A stretch of DNA of 64,000 nt. It comes from Alphaproteobacteria bacterium. GTDB taxonomy: Bacteria; Pseudomonadota; Alphaproteobacteria; UBA828. The number at the start of each line of letters is the position of its first letter. Position 1 is the first letter of the stretch. The position numbers and the translations under genes were made by a program. The stretch is taken from the NCBI GenBank assembly GCA_965237415.1, contig CBDEFM010000002.1:832001-896000 (forward strand), given 5' to 3'. The notes beneath the pieces are model-generated. The model did not search any database. It was not told the DNA's origin and saw nothing but the letters and a program-made list of their open reading frames with translations. Of this stretch, positions 21,118-31,198 are shown in pieces.

Positions 21118-21974
21118 TTTTCTACCTCGTCGATGTTTTCAATGTGCAGCAGAAAACTGCTGCTGTTTCTTATTTTTCCGTCTTGTGTCTTGCGAGGATC
21201 GAATCCATAATGACGAAGATAATAGAACAGCATCGCTTGCCGTACACTAAGTCGCAGATGGCCGTTGGTCATTCCGTACTCAAATTCAAGCCGCTCTTTC
21301 TTGTGTTGATCAATTGCGGGATCGACCTTGAGAATCACGTCCACGTTGTTGTGCCAAGCCGTATCTACTGGGATCTCGCAGGCCGGCTTATCTCGCAGTT
21401 CTGTCCGCTCGATTCGCGACAAAACAAAATCGGAATAGCGCGTCCGCTCGAGGTCGTAAGCTCGCATGTGCCATCTGTGACCATCGCTGGCGATGGCGTG
21501 TGGTAACAACATCCGGAATCCTGTACTTCCCGAGCTCAAGGATATGTAGCGCGCATGCAAACAGATTCGGGAGCGCATGCTTTGCAGCACATGCATGAGG
21601 ACACGAGAAGATATTTTGCGCGATTGGGCCGAGACCGCGTCGAAGACCGGAATCGACTTAGCCCAGATCTCTCCTTCCCGACGGTAGCCACAGCTCAAAA
21701 TGTCTAGATGCATTAGATATTCGAAGGCCTCTCCCGTTATAAGAACCGGGCGAAACTTAGAAGTGGGTACGTATGCTTTCTGCCTGGGATCGTAAAGCAT
21801 ATTGTCCGGACAAGCATCCATATAGCTGGTGAGATCGATTGTGGCCTGCTGCAAAGAGATCGAAAATTGATCCTGCAGCTTCTTGCGCCCCACTGACCCC
21901 TCCCAGTGGAGTTGAAACTCGATGAACTCGAAACGTCTACGTATGCTTACCTTCAGATCCTGCAATTCCGACAT
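21084..21974 (-). CDS. WYL-domain transcriptional regulator, CapW/BrxR-like
   Basis: RRFEFIEFQLHWEGSVGRKKLQDQFSIS..YDPRQKAY (wHTH), YISLSS..RMLLPHAIASDGHRWHMRAY..YSDFVLSRI (WYL), EYGM..VRQAMLFY. Confidence 0.9.
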   Translation of the reverse strand: MSELQDLKVSIRRRFEFIEFQLHWEGSVGRKKLQDQFSISLQQATIDLTSYMDACPDNMLYDPRQKAYVPTSKFRPVLITGEAFEYLMHLDILSCGYRREGEIWAKSIPVFDAVSAQSRKISSRVLMHVLQSMRSRICLHARYISLSSGSTGFRMLLPHAIASDGHRWHMRAYDLERTRYSDFVLSRIERTELRDKPACEIPVDTAWHNNVDVILKVDPAIDQHKKERLEFEYGMTNGHLRLSVRQAMLFYYLRHYGFDPRKTQDGKIRNSSSFLLHIENIDEVEKCIGRRNYAGQ

Positions 21975-22002
21975 CTCGTGTCACCCCAGCACGTCCTCCG
22001 CT

Positions 22003-22041
22003 TTTATAGCATATTGACATTTTCTAGAAAAGCTTTATTAT
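22003..22041. promoter_or_regulatory. Overlapping divergent promoters with a central palindromic operator
   Basis: Plus strand: TTGACA (22014-19), 16 bp, TATTAT (22036-41). Minus strand: TGcTATAAA (22003-11). Perfect palindrome TTTTCTAGAAAA at 22020-22031. Confidence 0.75.
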
Positions 22042-22113
22042 ATGGAAGGATTGGGCGTGCCGTGCGCTGCAACCGTATCACGGGGCGCGTACTGATGTTG
22101 AAAGGAGTAAGCA

Positions 22114-23718
22114 GTGGCTTGGGGGCAAGAGCAGGCGCAGAGGCGCATCAGAAAGCTGATCGGGGAAGCCCCGACGATCGACGTACATCGGTTTTCTGAG
22201 GAGTACATGCCGCTTTACGAAGTGCGCGCGGCCCAGCTGACGGCTGCTGGGGAGCGTATAGCACCACCGCTGTTTGACCTCACGAAGGGTTCGGCGGTGT
22301 TAGTCGACACAGTCCAGATATACATCGCCATTACCAACTACGACGAGTATCGCATCGAAGAGGACTCAGAAACCGAGACGTCGCATGAGCGGGCCCTCCG
22401 GTTCCTGCATCTTTACTATAGTGCTTGCGACCGCGTAGCTGAAGTGACTCCTGCACAGCGGGTCGATTTCCATGGTAGCCGGATGCACGCTGTTGTAATC
22501 GATCGGTCCGGTGCCGGCATCACACGACACAGTATCGCCGACGCCCTGGCTTTCGTCCGAGATTTTCGAATAGTTGCCGAGCGAGCAAACAGCGAACTCG
22601 CGAGAAGCGCTTTGACAGCGCGATTTCGCGTTGGAATCGACGCGGGAACTTGTGTTGCAATCAATAACGGGACCGGGATAGAGCAGGAACCCATGTTTCT
22701 TGGTAGCGCGGCAAACTATGCCGCCAAGCTGGCAGAGGGCGATCAGCCGGGTATCTTCCCGTCCGATCGCGTGAGGGCCCTCGTGGGCCTGGAGGAGCTG
22801 GGGGTTCTCGAGTTCGCGCACGGTCTCGACGAGGCTTCCATTGATCAGGTCATCGCAAGTCGCGATGAAGGCGGGCGGGCAGCTCTCCCGGCGTTTGCCC
22901 ACACCGCAAGCACCGAATCCATTGTCGAGACCTGGCGGGAGGAGATTGTCAAGGCGGAGGTATTTGATCCTACAATTCCCAAATTCTCGTTTCATCACAA
23001 GGAGCCGCCCCTAAGCGACATCGACTATCGGGATCTATCGCCGAGCAACTCTATTAGGATGCCATTAATTTCAGTGTTTGCCGACCTTTCTGGCTATACC
23101 CAATACGTTGATGAAGCGATCACGAGCGGTCGTATCGGAGAAGCAATCCGGGCTCTGTACGTAATTCGTGAGGAGCTTCAGAATGTCGTGGAGGAGGACT
23201 TTGACGGGCGCAAGGTGCGCTTTATTGGAGATTGTATTCACGCTCTGCTGGCAGAAGGCACGAGATCAGAGACGGACGACCGCAAGAGTGTCATTCAAAG
23301 TTTTGAGTGTGCCGGTGGCCTTCGCTCTTCTTTTTTGATCTGTCAAGAGGAGCTCACCGGCCTCGAGGCGCTCGGCCTCACCATCGGCATTGAGTACGGT
23401 TGGACGCCGGTCTCCCGCATAGGAATTCGTGGCGTAAGGTCCGTCCGACTTGCTTCCAGCGGCGCAACAGCTACCTCCGAGCAAATGCAACGCGACTGCG
23501 GTGACAATGAGGTCAAGTTCGGTCCAAACGCAATGACCCATATCCCTGACGCGTATCATGATCTCACCAATGCCTCTGGCGTGGCAGCCGCTTTGACGTA
23601 TGACGATGTAGTCTTGTGCTTTGCCCCTCAGACCGCTCCAGCAACGACGCGACGCCATGTTCGCGCGCACACACCGGCTGACGGGACGGTGGCCAGGGCA
23701 CACTTCAAGACCATATGA
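22114..23718 (+). CDS. Tandem-domain class III nucleotide cyclase, PycC-like
   Basis: N-domain RVGIDAG..PMFLGSAANYAAKLA with degenerate metal sites; C-domain VFADLSGYT..RFIGDCIHA..IGIEYG..RIGIRG; AAGGAG RBS, GTG start. Confidence 0.85.
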   Translation: MAWGQEQAQRRIRKLIGEAPTIDVHRFSEEYMPLYEVRAAQLTAAGERIAPPLFDLTKGSAVLVDTVQIYIAITNYDEYRIEEDSETETSHERALRFLHLYYSACDRVAEVTPAQRVDFHGSRMHAVVIDRSGAGITRHSIADALAFVRDFRIVAERANSELARSALTARFRVGIDAGTCVAINNGTGIEQEPMFLGSAANYAAKLAEGDQPGIFPSDRVRALVGLEELGVLEFAHGLDEASIDQVIASRDEGGRAALPAFAHTASTESIVETWREEIVKAEVFDPTIPKFSFHHKEPPLSDIDYRDLSPSNSIRMPLISVFADLSGYTQYVDEAITSGRIGEAIRALYVIREELQNVVEEDFDGRKVRFIGDCIHALLAEGTRSETDDRKSVIQSFECAGGLRSSFLICQEELTGLEALGLTIGIEYGWTPVSRIGIRGVRSVRLASSGATATSEQMQRDCGDNEVKFGPNAMTHIPDAYHDLTNASGVAAALTYDDVVLCFAPQTAPATTRRHVRAHTPADGTVARAHFKTI

Positions 23719-24512
23719 GTTCAATTGACCAGCTCAATAGGGCAGTACCAAGTTGGGCGACAATCGCAAATCGGATTGGAAACTACTTGCACGTTATTGC
23801 CCGCGCACCCATGCCTAGTGGTGCATTCGGCCGGACCTACGGATTGGTCATCAAATCAACCAAAGACGATAAAGCACAGGTCAGTGAAAGCACCGCTCAA
23901 GCACTGCTTCCTAATTGTTGCCTCGAACGCCACATTAATTCGGACGGCACATTCTGCCTGCATCTTGATTCCACTAAACCTATTTTGAATTCTGATAGCG
24001 CCATCATTTGGTGGGTTAGTCTCCGAGATTACCTAAATCATCAGGACTATTCATCCAAACGGCGCAAGTGGCCTATGCATGCCCAACTGAGTCACGGTGA
24101 CGCAGCTCTAGTTCAACTGCGGATGGAAAAACTCGCAGAGCCGTTGGCGTGGAAACAGGAAGTACTTACTTCGATTTTTCGAGGCAAAGGATGGCTTGCA
24201 AATGAGTTGCCGCGTCGAAGCAAAGACAAGTCTAAACTCGTTAATGCACGAGGGCCTTGTCCTAGAGGATGCCGTACCAAACATCACCCCTATACACGTC
24301 AGGCGTGTCAGCGCGTTAAGTGCACTCCAAACTGCAAGAAGCAGCATCGCCAGATCCTTCGGGTAAATTGTCCAAATAGAGCACTAGTGGAAGAGCTTGC
24401 ATTACTTGACAATTTGAGACGTGAATCGGAGGAAAGCGTCGTTGCGGACCTTCGTTCCAAAGGCGTGCAGTGTTGTAGAACTATGGATGACTGTCCATTG
24501 GCCGACAAATAG
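23715..24512 (+). CDS. Prokaryotic E2 (UBC-like) domain protein with Cys-rich C-terminus
   Basis: ERHINSDGTFCL resembles the UBC active-site motif; C-terminal PCPRGC..C..C..C..CPNR..CCRTMDDCPL; ATGA overlap with the cyclase. Confidence 0.75.
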   Translation: MSSIDQLNRAVPSWATIANRIGNYLHVIARAPMPSGAFGRTYGLVIKSTKDDKAQVSESTAQALLPNCCLERHINSDGTFCLHLDSTKPILNSDSAIIWWVSLRDYLNHQDYSSKRRKWPMHAQLSHGDAALVQLRMEKLAEPLAWKQEVLTSIFRGKGWLANELPRRSKDKSKLVNARGPCPRGCRTKHHPYTRQACQRVKCTPNCKKQHRQILRVNCPNRALVEELALLDNLRRESEESVVADLRSKGVQCCRTMDDCPLADK

Positions 24513-24736
24513 ACCGCGAGTTGGCACTGTCCGCTAGCACTTGCATCATTGGCTACGCGGCCACGTCGACGGAGTCGCCAGGATCGCAATTGGCGTCACG
24601 CCTGACATCACCACCGTCAATCTGTGTAGTTTGCTATTTTCCAAGTATGGACTATTTTAATTTGCCCGCTACACAGCTAGATCAGCGACGTGTCCTGCCG
24701 GGTTAGCGCACTTTGTTCCGGCGTCGCACGACAGTG

Positions 24737-25405
24737 CTAACGCCAACCTTTATCCAAGCGATTTCTGGCGTCGACTAGGGACAGCTCGGTGAACAGATCC
24801 CGCCGACGCTCGAACAGACGCTCCTCGATCTCGTCCTTCACACACCGTGGCGGGAGATCGCCCTCTGCAACAGCCTCACGCTCGTTGCGCAGCCAAGCCA
24901 TCGCTCGATAAAGGTGGTGCAGGCGCAAGCCGGCCCCGCCGAGGATGACGTAGTCGACCATCCACCTCCGCACGAGCAGTCCGAGCCGGAGACGAACAGA
25001 CAGTGGAGCACGCTGATGAACACCGCCCGCTCGACGGCGAACTCGAAGCCGCGCTCACCCAGTGACTGCGTCACCACGCAGCCCGGCACTAGCCGCTCCC
25101 AAGGCCGACCGAACAGCAAAGGCCTGCCGATGCGGGTTCAGACAAGACGGCGCGCCGCCAAGTGGGATAGCTCCATCGCCCGCTCGCAACGACCCGCCGG
25201 CGAGCCAATCACGCGATTGAGCTTGCCGCTGGCGTGCAGCACATCCATGCGGCCGAGCGCACGAATCGTGCGCTGGCGTACCTCCTTGCCCTCGCGGATG
25301 CTGTCCGCGAGGTAGTGGTATCGGTGTCCCCGAGCGCCATTTTCGCGGACAGATATCGAAGCGTAGTCCCGATGGCCAAGCCCCAAAACACGCGGACTCC
25401 GCTCG
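24737..25405 (-). mobile_element. IS1634-family transposase remnant (frameshifted, truncated)
   Basis: Fragments in different frames: REGKEVRQRTIRALGR; FEFAVERAVFISVLH.LFVSGSD; LHHLYRAMAWL..KDEIEERLFERRRDLF. Confidence 0.8.
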
Positions 25406-25650
25406 GCATCCCAAGATGCTTCACAATTCTATTTCAAGTAGCGGGAAACCCGACTGCAATATCCCTCGCTTCAACAAATTGGCCAAACTTTCCAACCCTA
25501 AATCCGGAATCCAATGTTGAACTTTGTCTAGACACTCCCGGGGAAAGAATAACCGCGCCTTCCAGTCTTTCAGACTGCCAAATTTACGTACCGCCTCAGT
25601 TCAACCGATGCATCTACGCGGCGCACATGATCTGATTTCCAATTAATTCT

Positions 25651-26346
25651 TTACTTCAATGACCACCAATACGAAGAGCGATATATTCGACGATTATTTT
25701 GCGCGGTCCACTTTCGCTCCTCCCACATATTCTTACCGTTGCTAAACTTCGTATCGTCGTTCATGCTACCGTATACTCTATCTGTAATCCAAGTAGCATA
25801 TGAATCCGACATTGCTGACAACTTCGCGGCATGATTCGCCGCTCTCCCAATCCATACTATATCGTTATTGTTGCGAATGCCTGCTTTTGCAGCCATGACC
25901 TTTGTGCTATCCACCCCCGTTACATGTTTCATCACGTACTTGGTGTTTTCGTAATGCTTCTTTAGCATAGGCTGTATTACGTTCCTTACTGCCCAGTTTA
26001 TCTTTAATGCAGTTCTCACCGCGCTCGTGTTCTTGCTTTCTCCAATGAATATCCCCATTACGCGGTCGCCATCAAACGACCTAACCTCCCCTCCCTCGCT
26101 TCGGATTAGTCTAGTAGCGCACTGAAGGAATGCCTTGTAGTTTTCCGCGGCAAACCAATCCTTATAGTTATCAACAAGCATGGTCGATGCTGACAAATCA
26201 GTATAGAGGATTGTAGCTTGTAAATCGACTGCCTCATTTCCGTGCGATAAGTCGACGTCTTCGGGAACTTTCCTGCCATCTCGGCGTCGCCACTTCTCAA
26301 CATATATGCCGCTCACTTGCTTCTGTAAGTCTGCCTTCAACCCCAT
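25651..26346 (-). CDS. pycC: Single-domain pyrimidine cyclase, PycC-like (Pycsar)
   Basis: ATILYTDLSAST, YKAFLQCA, SFDGDRVMGIF.G.SKNTSAVRTALKIN, GIRNNNDIVWIGRAANHAAKL, C-terminal MW..W..YRSSYWW; matches my recollection of Burkholderia-type PycC along its length. Confidence 0.88.
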   Translation of the reverse strand: MGLKADLQKQVSGIYVEKWRRRDGRKVPEDVDLSHGNEAVDLQATILYTDLSASTMLVDNYKDWFAAENYKAFLQCATRLIRSEGGEVRSFDGDRVMGIFIGESKNTSAVRTALKINWAVRNVIQPMLKKHYENTKYVMKHVTGVDSTKVMAAKAGIRNNNDIVWIGRAANHAAKLSAMSDSYATWITDRVYGSMNDDTKFSNGKNMWEERKWTAQNNRRIYRSSYWWSLK

Positions 26347-26439
26347 GATCCGTTTTCCTATTGTAACGCTAGTTTACTGGATCGAACATCCGCCAGCCTC
26401 AGGAACCAAGAAGCGTTCAAGCGCTCTGCATGGACCGTT

Positions 26440-26775
26440 CCGTTGGACGATTCGACAAAGGTATTAACGGTCGAGTTTCGCGGCCATGCGAAGTCCAGGG
26501 TCACACCGTATGTCCAAGCCCAGAGATCGAGTTCCATGCGGATTAACTCGGACCCGCTGTCGGCTCGCGGATGCTTCTGCGCATGTCATGGACTCGGTCG
26601 AATTTCTCCAGCGTCACGACCACATTCGATCCGCGGTAGGTCTCGCATATGTCGATTGCCGGCGACAGGCGGTTGAAGGCATCCACGATCGTCAGGGTGC
26701 GGATGCGCCGGCCGTCGAACAGCTGGTCCGAATTGAAGTCCATCGCATTGACCTCATTCGGCGCCGCAGCCGAGC
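26440..26775 (-). mobile_element. IS3-family transposase remnant
   Basis: MDFNSDQLFDGRRIRTLTIVDAF..., degenerate ELDLWAYGVTLDF fragments, frameshifts. Confidence 0.75.
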
Positions 26776-26801
26776 GGCGGCGGGAGGATCACAGTCGCTC
26801 T

Positions 26802-27535
<734 letters not shown>

Positions 27536-28044
27536 TTAGCATCAGACGAACCCAAGGGCTATAGGTTTGGTTGCATCAAGCGACAGAAGAGCATCCGTTC
27601 CATCAGTCTGGGATGTCCTGAGCGGCCAACCGTATCCGGACATATGCAACTGTGTTTCCCTTGCTAGAGATGAGCATCTCGGTCTCCTCTTTCTGGCGTA
27701 TGGATTTCATCATGCACAGCATGAAGAGCACCGCTCCCCCGGCCCTAGGAGCTTTGGGTGGTTCGACTGGCTGGCACACTTGTCGAGCACCGGCCAAGTC
27801 ATCCGCATCGAAGAGCCGCCCAACGACGTGAACATAACCATCGACGATTGCGGGCGCGTCGTCGTCGAGTCGGCGCACGTTGCCAAAGCCGCAGGGAGCG
27901 ACCATGCCGTCCCAGTGCTATAGTGTCGGCCCGACTCACGAGTTCCGTTGTGTTCCATCTCTCAGTGATGGGAAGAGTGTGGGGATGCCCCAAAGGGCAG
28001 AACAAATAATGCAATGGATACAATAGATTATCGGGAGAGACCGA

Positions 28045-28392
28045 TTGCCCCTGGCGGAGACCCACGAGCCCGGGGTCTCGGTGCCGATGGAGGCCCAGCG
28101 CTACAACCTCAACGCCAACCAGATATTCAGGTGGCGGCGTCTATTTCGCGAGCCTGAGCGTGCTGGCGGGACCGGCCGGTTCGTGCCGGTGGTGGTCGAG
28201 GCAGCACCAGGCCAGGAGCCGGCCGCGGCCACGATGAGCCCACCATCCGAGAGTGTCGTCGCGGCGGGCCAGCCTGCGACGGGCCGTTTGGAGATCGTGC
28301 TGGCGGGCGATCGCCGTGTGATCGTCGACCGCTCTGTCGACGGGTCGGCGCTGGCGCGTGTGATCGCGGTGCTGGAGCAGCGATGATCTCAG
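28045..28392 (+). mobile_element. IS66 TnpA remnant plus the first codons of TnpB
   Basis: PGVSV..YNLNANQIFRWRR..FVPVVV..GRLEIVL..RVIVD..ALARVIAVL, then overlapping ATGATC; rest of the element absent. Confidence 0.8.
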
Positions 28393-28593
28393 TTCTCCTT
28401 GCGTTCCCGGTTCTCCTTGCGTTAAGGTACTCTCGCGTCACCGCGGGGTCGGGTCGGATGTATGAGAGCGGCGTCGCAACTGCTTCGACCCGGTTCACGA
28501 GACGAAGTGTTGCAGCAACAAGTTGTGGGCGATCCAGCGGGAGCAGAACTCGTGAGATTGGATATCTAAATCCTTACGAAAGTAGTCTGTAGA

Positions 28594-29328
28594 GTGTCGG
28601 GAATGAATGGCTTGTTCAGACTCAAGGCTTCTTTCGCGGGGTGTCTAGTCGCTCTGCTACTGGTCGGATGTGCCGACGTACCGGAAGAAGCTGTAACACT
28701 CTCGGTGACCATCGGTAACGATCTCGAGGAAGTTCACCGGTCGCACCGCGAACTTGCCATCCGTTACTTTGAACGAAGCCGCGACGATATCAATCGCTTC
28801 GTAGACGATGTCTACCGCCCGGCCTTCGTGCAGAAGGCATTGACGAATATCACCTATGAGTACGAAGTCGGCGAACCGGAGTTGACCTTCTTGCCAATTC
28901 TACAAACCGAGTTCGCGAGACTGAACGCCGGTGAAGAAGGTGCGGATCCACTGTTCTACATGCATTTCGTCGTGGATGAAGCGGTCAGAACAATCGAGCA
29001 AACACGCCTCGATTTGCTCAAGCCCATTGAGAGTCGCGAGCGAGAGGTCCTAAGAGCCATTGACGATGCCTATAGCAGCGTAATGAACGCACATGCAATC
29101 GTCACCGGCCACCTAGCCTCTGTCCGCCGCGTCCAACAAGCTCAGGACGAACTCGTGGCTGATGCAGGACTTAAGGATATCCGCAGAAAGTTCATCGACA
29201 GGGCGGCGGACATATCGGATCGCGCTTCCGATCTTCTAGCGAAGGCCCGGACCACGTCCTCGACCCTTGATGATCTCGACGAGACAATCGAGAGGGTCCA
29301 GGAAGCGTGGAGTGAGGGGATACAATAG
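28594..29328 (+). CDS. Putative helical lipoprotein of unknown function
   Basis: Lipobox-like LLLVG|C after a hydrophobic stretch; amphipathic helical body. Confidence 0.75.
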   Translation: MSGMNGLFRLKASFAGCLVALLLVGCADVPEEAVTLSVTIGNDLEEVHRSHRELAIRYFERSRDDINRFVDDVYRPAFVQKALTNITYEYEVGEPELTFLPILQTEFARLNAGEEGADPLFYMHFVVDEAVRTIEQTRLDLLKPIESREREVLRAIDDAYSSVMNAHAIVTGHLASVRRVQQAQDELVADAGLKDIRRKFIDRAADISDRASDLLAKARTTSSTLDDLDETIERVQEAWSEGIQ

Positions 29329-29337
29329 GAGGCCTTA

Positions 29338-29643
29338 ATGTCCAATGCAGAGGATAGGAAGAAGGCGTTTCAACGATCTGTTCGGAAGCGGTTTAAGGAG
29401 ATCGACGAGGAATTGCGTGGTCGGCACAAGAAGCATCTGGACGCGCTTCTGGGAATCAGCCGCGCGGAGATCGACGCGATAACGCCAGACACGACGGACA
29501 TGGATACCTACAACAAGCTGATCGTGGTTGTCACGGAGGCGACCCGCAAGAATGTGGCAATTGCTGATCTGCGTCAGACCATTCGCGAAATGGGGACCGT
29601 GGCCATAGATATTGCCAAGAAAGTTCCCGATCTTATGCGGTGA
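29338..29643 (+). CDS. Small hypothetical protein co-transcribed with the lipoprotein
   Basis: AGGAGG RBS, starts 9 bp after the previous stop. Confidence 0.75.
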   Translation: MSNAEDRKKAFQRSVRKRFKEIDEELRGRHKKHLDALLGISRAEIDAITPDTTDMDTYNKLIVVVTEATRKNVAIADLRQTIREMGTVAIDIAKKVPDLMR

Positions 29644-30046
29644 ATCATCTGCGAGCGACGGACTATAAACCGTGAGAGTGCTGATCGCACTTCATGGCTG
29701 CGAGCACAGCGCTGTTGCAAATCGCACTTGCGTGAAATCGCGTCACTACAGCAGAGATAACGGTCCATTTGTAAAGATATAAGTAACTGCTTGAAAGGCG
29801 AGGTCACCCCACTGGTTAAGGCGCCTGTCCAAGCATCGGGATAACGCCAGTTCGATGATATTGAATCACCAGCTGAGTAACGCTGTCAACGGGCTCATCG
29901 GGGAGGCCTCTAGAGCCGAGCAATCAGCAAATTGCTTGGTGTGTGGCATTCTGTTGGCCAATGGCAACACAAGTGACTTGAAATGGTGACGAAGCGACCG
30001 CTACATTCTGCTACAGTCCGCGCCTCGACGCTGAGAACGGTCGCGA

Positions 30047-31168
30047 GTGCGAATGTCACCCACTAAGTTTTTCGGCTCGGACGTCTACACGCACTACACG
30101 GCCACCTACGCATGGAACTCGAACCAGATGGCCCATGCGATGATGGGCCTGGCCGGTACCATGCTGTTTGTGCACGCCGCCCCGCGGCTCGGCCTCGAAG
30201 TCTGGTACGGCGCGCTCTTCTTCGTGATACCGTTCCTTAAGGACACGGCCGATTATTGGGTCGACCGCTCCAACACCGGTGGAGTGTTTGGAGAGACGGC
30301 CGCGCATCGCCGCGAACTGCTCGTCGACGGGGTGACCGATAATTTGTTCTGGAGCGTGGGAATGGTGCTCGCGCTGTTCATGGCCCTGAGCCGCGATGGC
30401 ACGCCCTGGTACCTTTACATCGTCTTTGTCGCCGCGGTACTGCTGATCGTGGCCGCCGTGTGTTGTGTCGGGCGCCTCTTCAACGCCCAGAAGAGACGCT
30501 ACGATTCGTCGGGCCTGCCCTACTATTTCCGCCTACCGTGTTATGACGGCAATCTGGTCGCGGCCTGGGTCATCGATTCGAAGGCTTCGCGTGATGCTAC
30601 TAGCCCGGTTGAGGAGGTCGAACGGTTCGTCTACCGGCACGATTGCCGAGCGCAGCATCTGATACTCGTGGGGCCGCCGCGCTCAAGCAAGACCACCTTG
30701 GCGGCCGCCATCGGCTCGGGCCTGATCGTCAGGGGTCAAACAGTGCGCTATATGTCCAAGATGCAGCTCATCGAAGAATTCAATATCTCGGGCGAACGCA
30801 GCGCTTCTCAGCCCGCCCATCCTTGTGACGCCGGGATTCTCATTACGGACGACCTGGATGAGCCAACCGGACTCGATCCCATTCTCCCCGCTCTTGCGTG
30901 CAAGTCCACCGTCTGGGTAGTCACCAGCCCGCGCTCCGGCAAGGCGGAAGACTGGACAGACTTGTTGGGCAGAGGCCTGCGCGGCCGTTTGGTCGCTGTG
31001 AGACTCGACACGAAATCGTGTCGACACAGGAATAATTGCAGAAGCCCTCGATCGCTCGCGATCGCGCTCTCGAGTGCATCGCTCCTGGTATCGGCGATCG
31101 CTGGCGTCGGTTCGATCATTCTAATTGTGTTACCAATCGATTTGTTTGCCAATCAGCTTCTTCGGTAA
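30047..31168 (+). CDS. Membrane protein fused to a P-loop NTPase-like domain
   Basis: About 4 N-terminal hydrophobic segments, LILVGPPRSSKTTLAAAIG (variant Walker A), ILITDDLD (Walker B), C-terminal TM. Confidence 0.7.
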   Translation: MRMSPTKFFGSDVYTHYTATYAWNSNQMAHAMMGLAGTMLFVHAAPRLGLEVWYGALFFVIPFLKDTADYWVDRSNTGGVFGETAAHRRELLVDGVTDNLFWSVGMVLALFMALSRDGTPWYLYIVFVAAVLLIVAAVCCVGRLFNAQKRRYDSSGLPYYFRLPCYDGNLVAAWVIDSKASRDATSPVEEVERFVYRHDCRAQHLILVGPPRSSKTTLAAAIGSGLIVRGQTVRYMSKMQLIEEFNISGERSASQPAHPCDAGILITDDLDEPTGLDPILPALACKSTVWVVTSPRSGKAEDWTDLLGRGLRGRLVAVRLDTKSCRHRNNCRSPRSLAIALSSASLLVSAIAGVGSIILIVLPIDLFANQLLR

Positions 31169-31198
31169 GCAGAGGCCACTAGGAAGGGAGTATCTGCA

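Noticed and set aside
29900-30000. att-like relic (aagtgacttgaaatggtg), and a similar one at ~37430-37530
   Set aside because: Resembles island-end sequence, but I found no matching partner or tRNA fragment.
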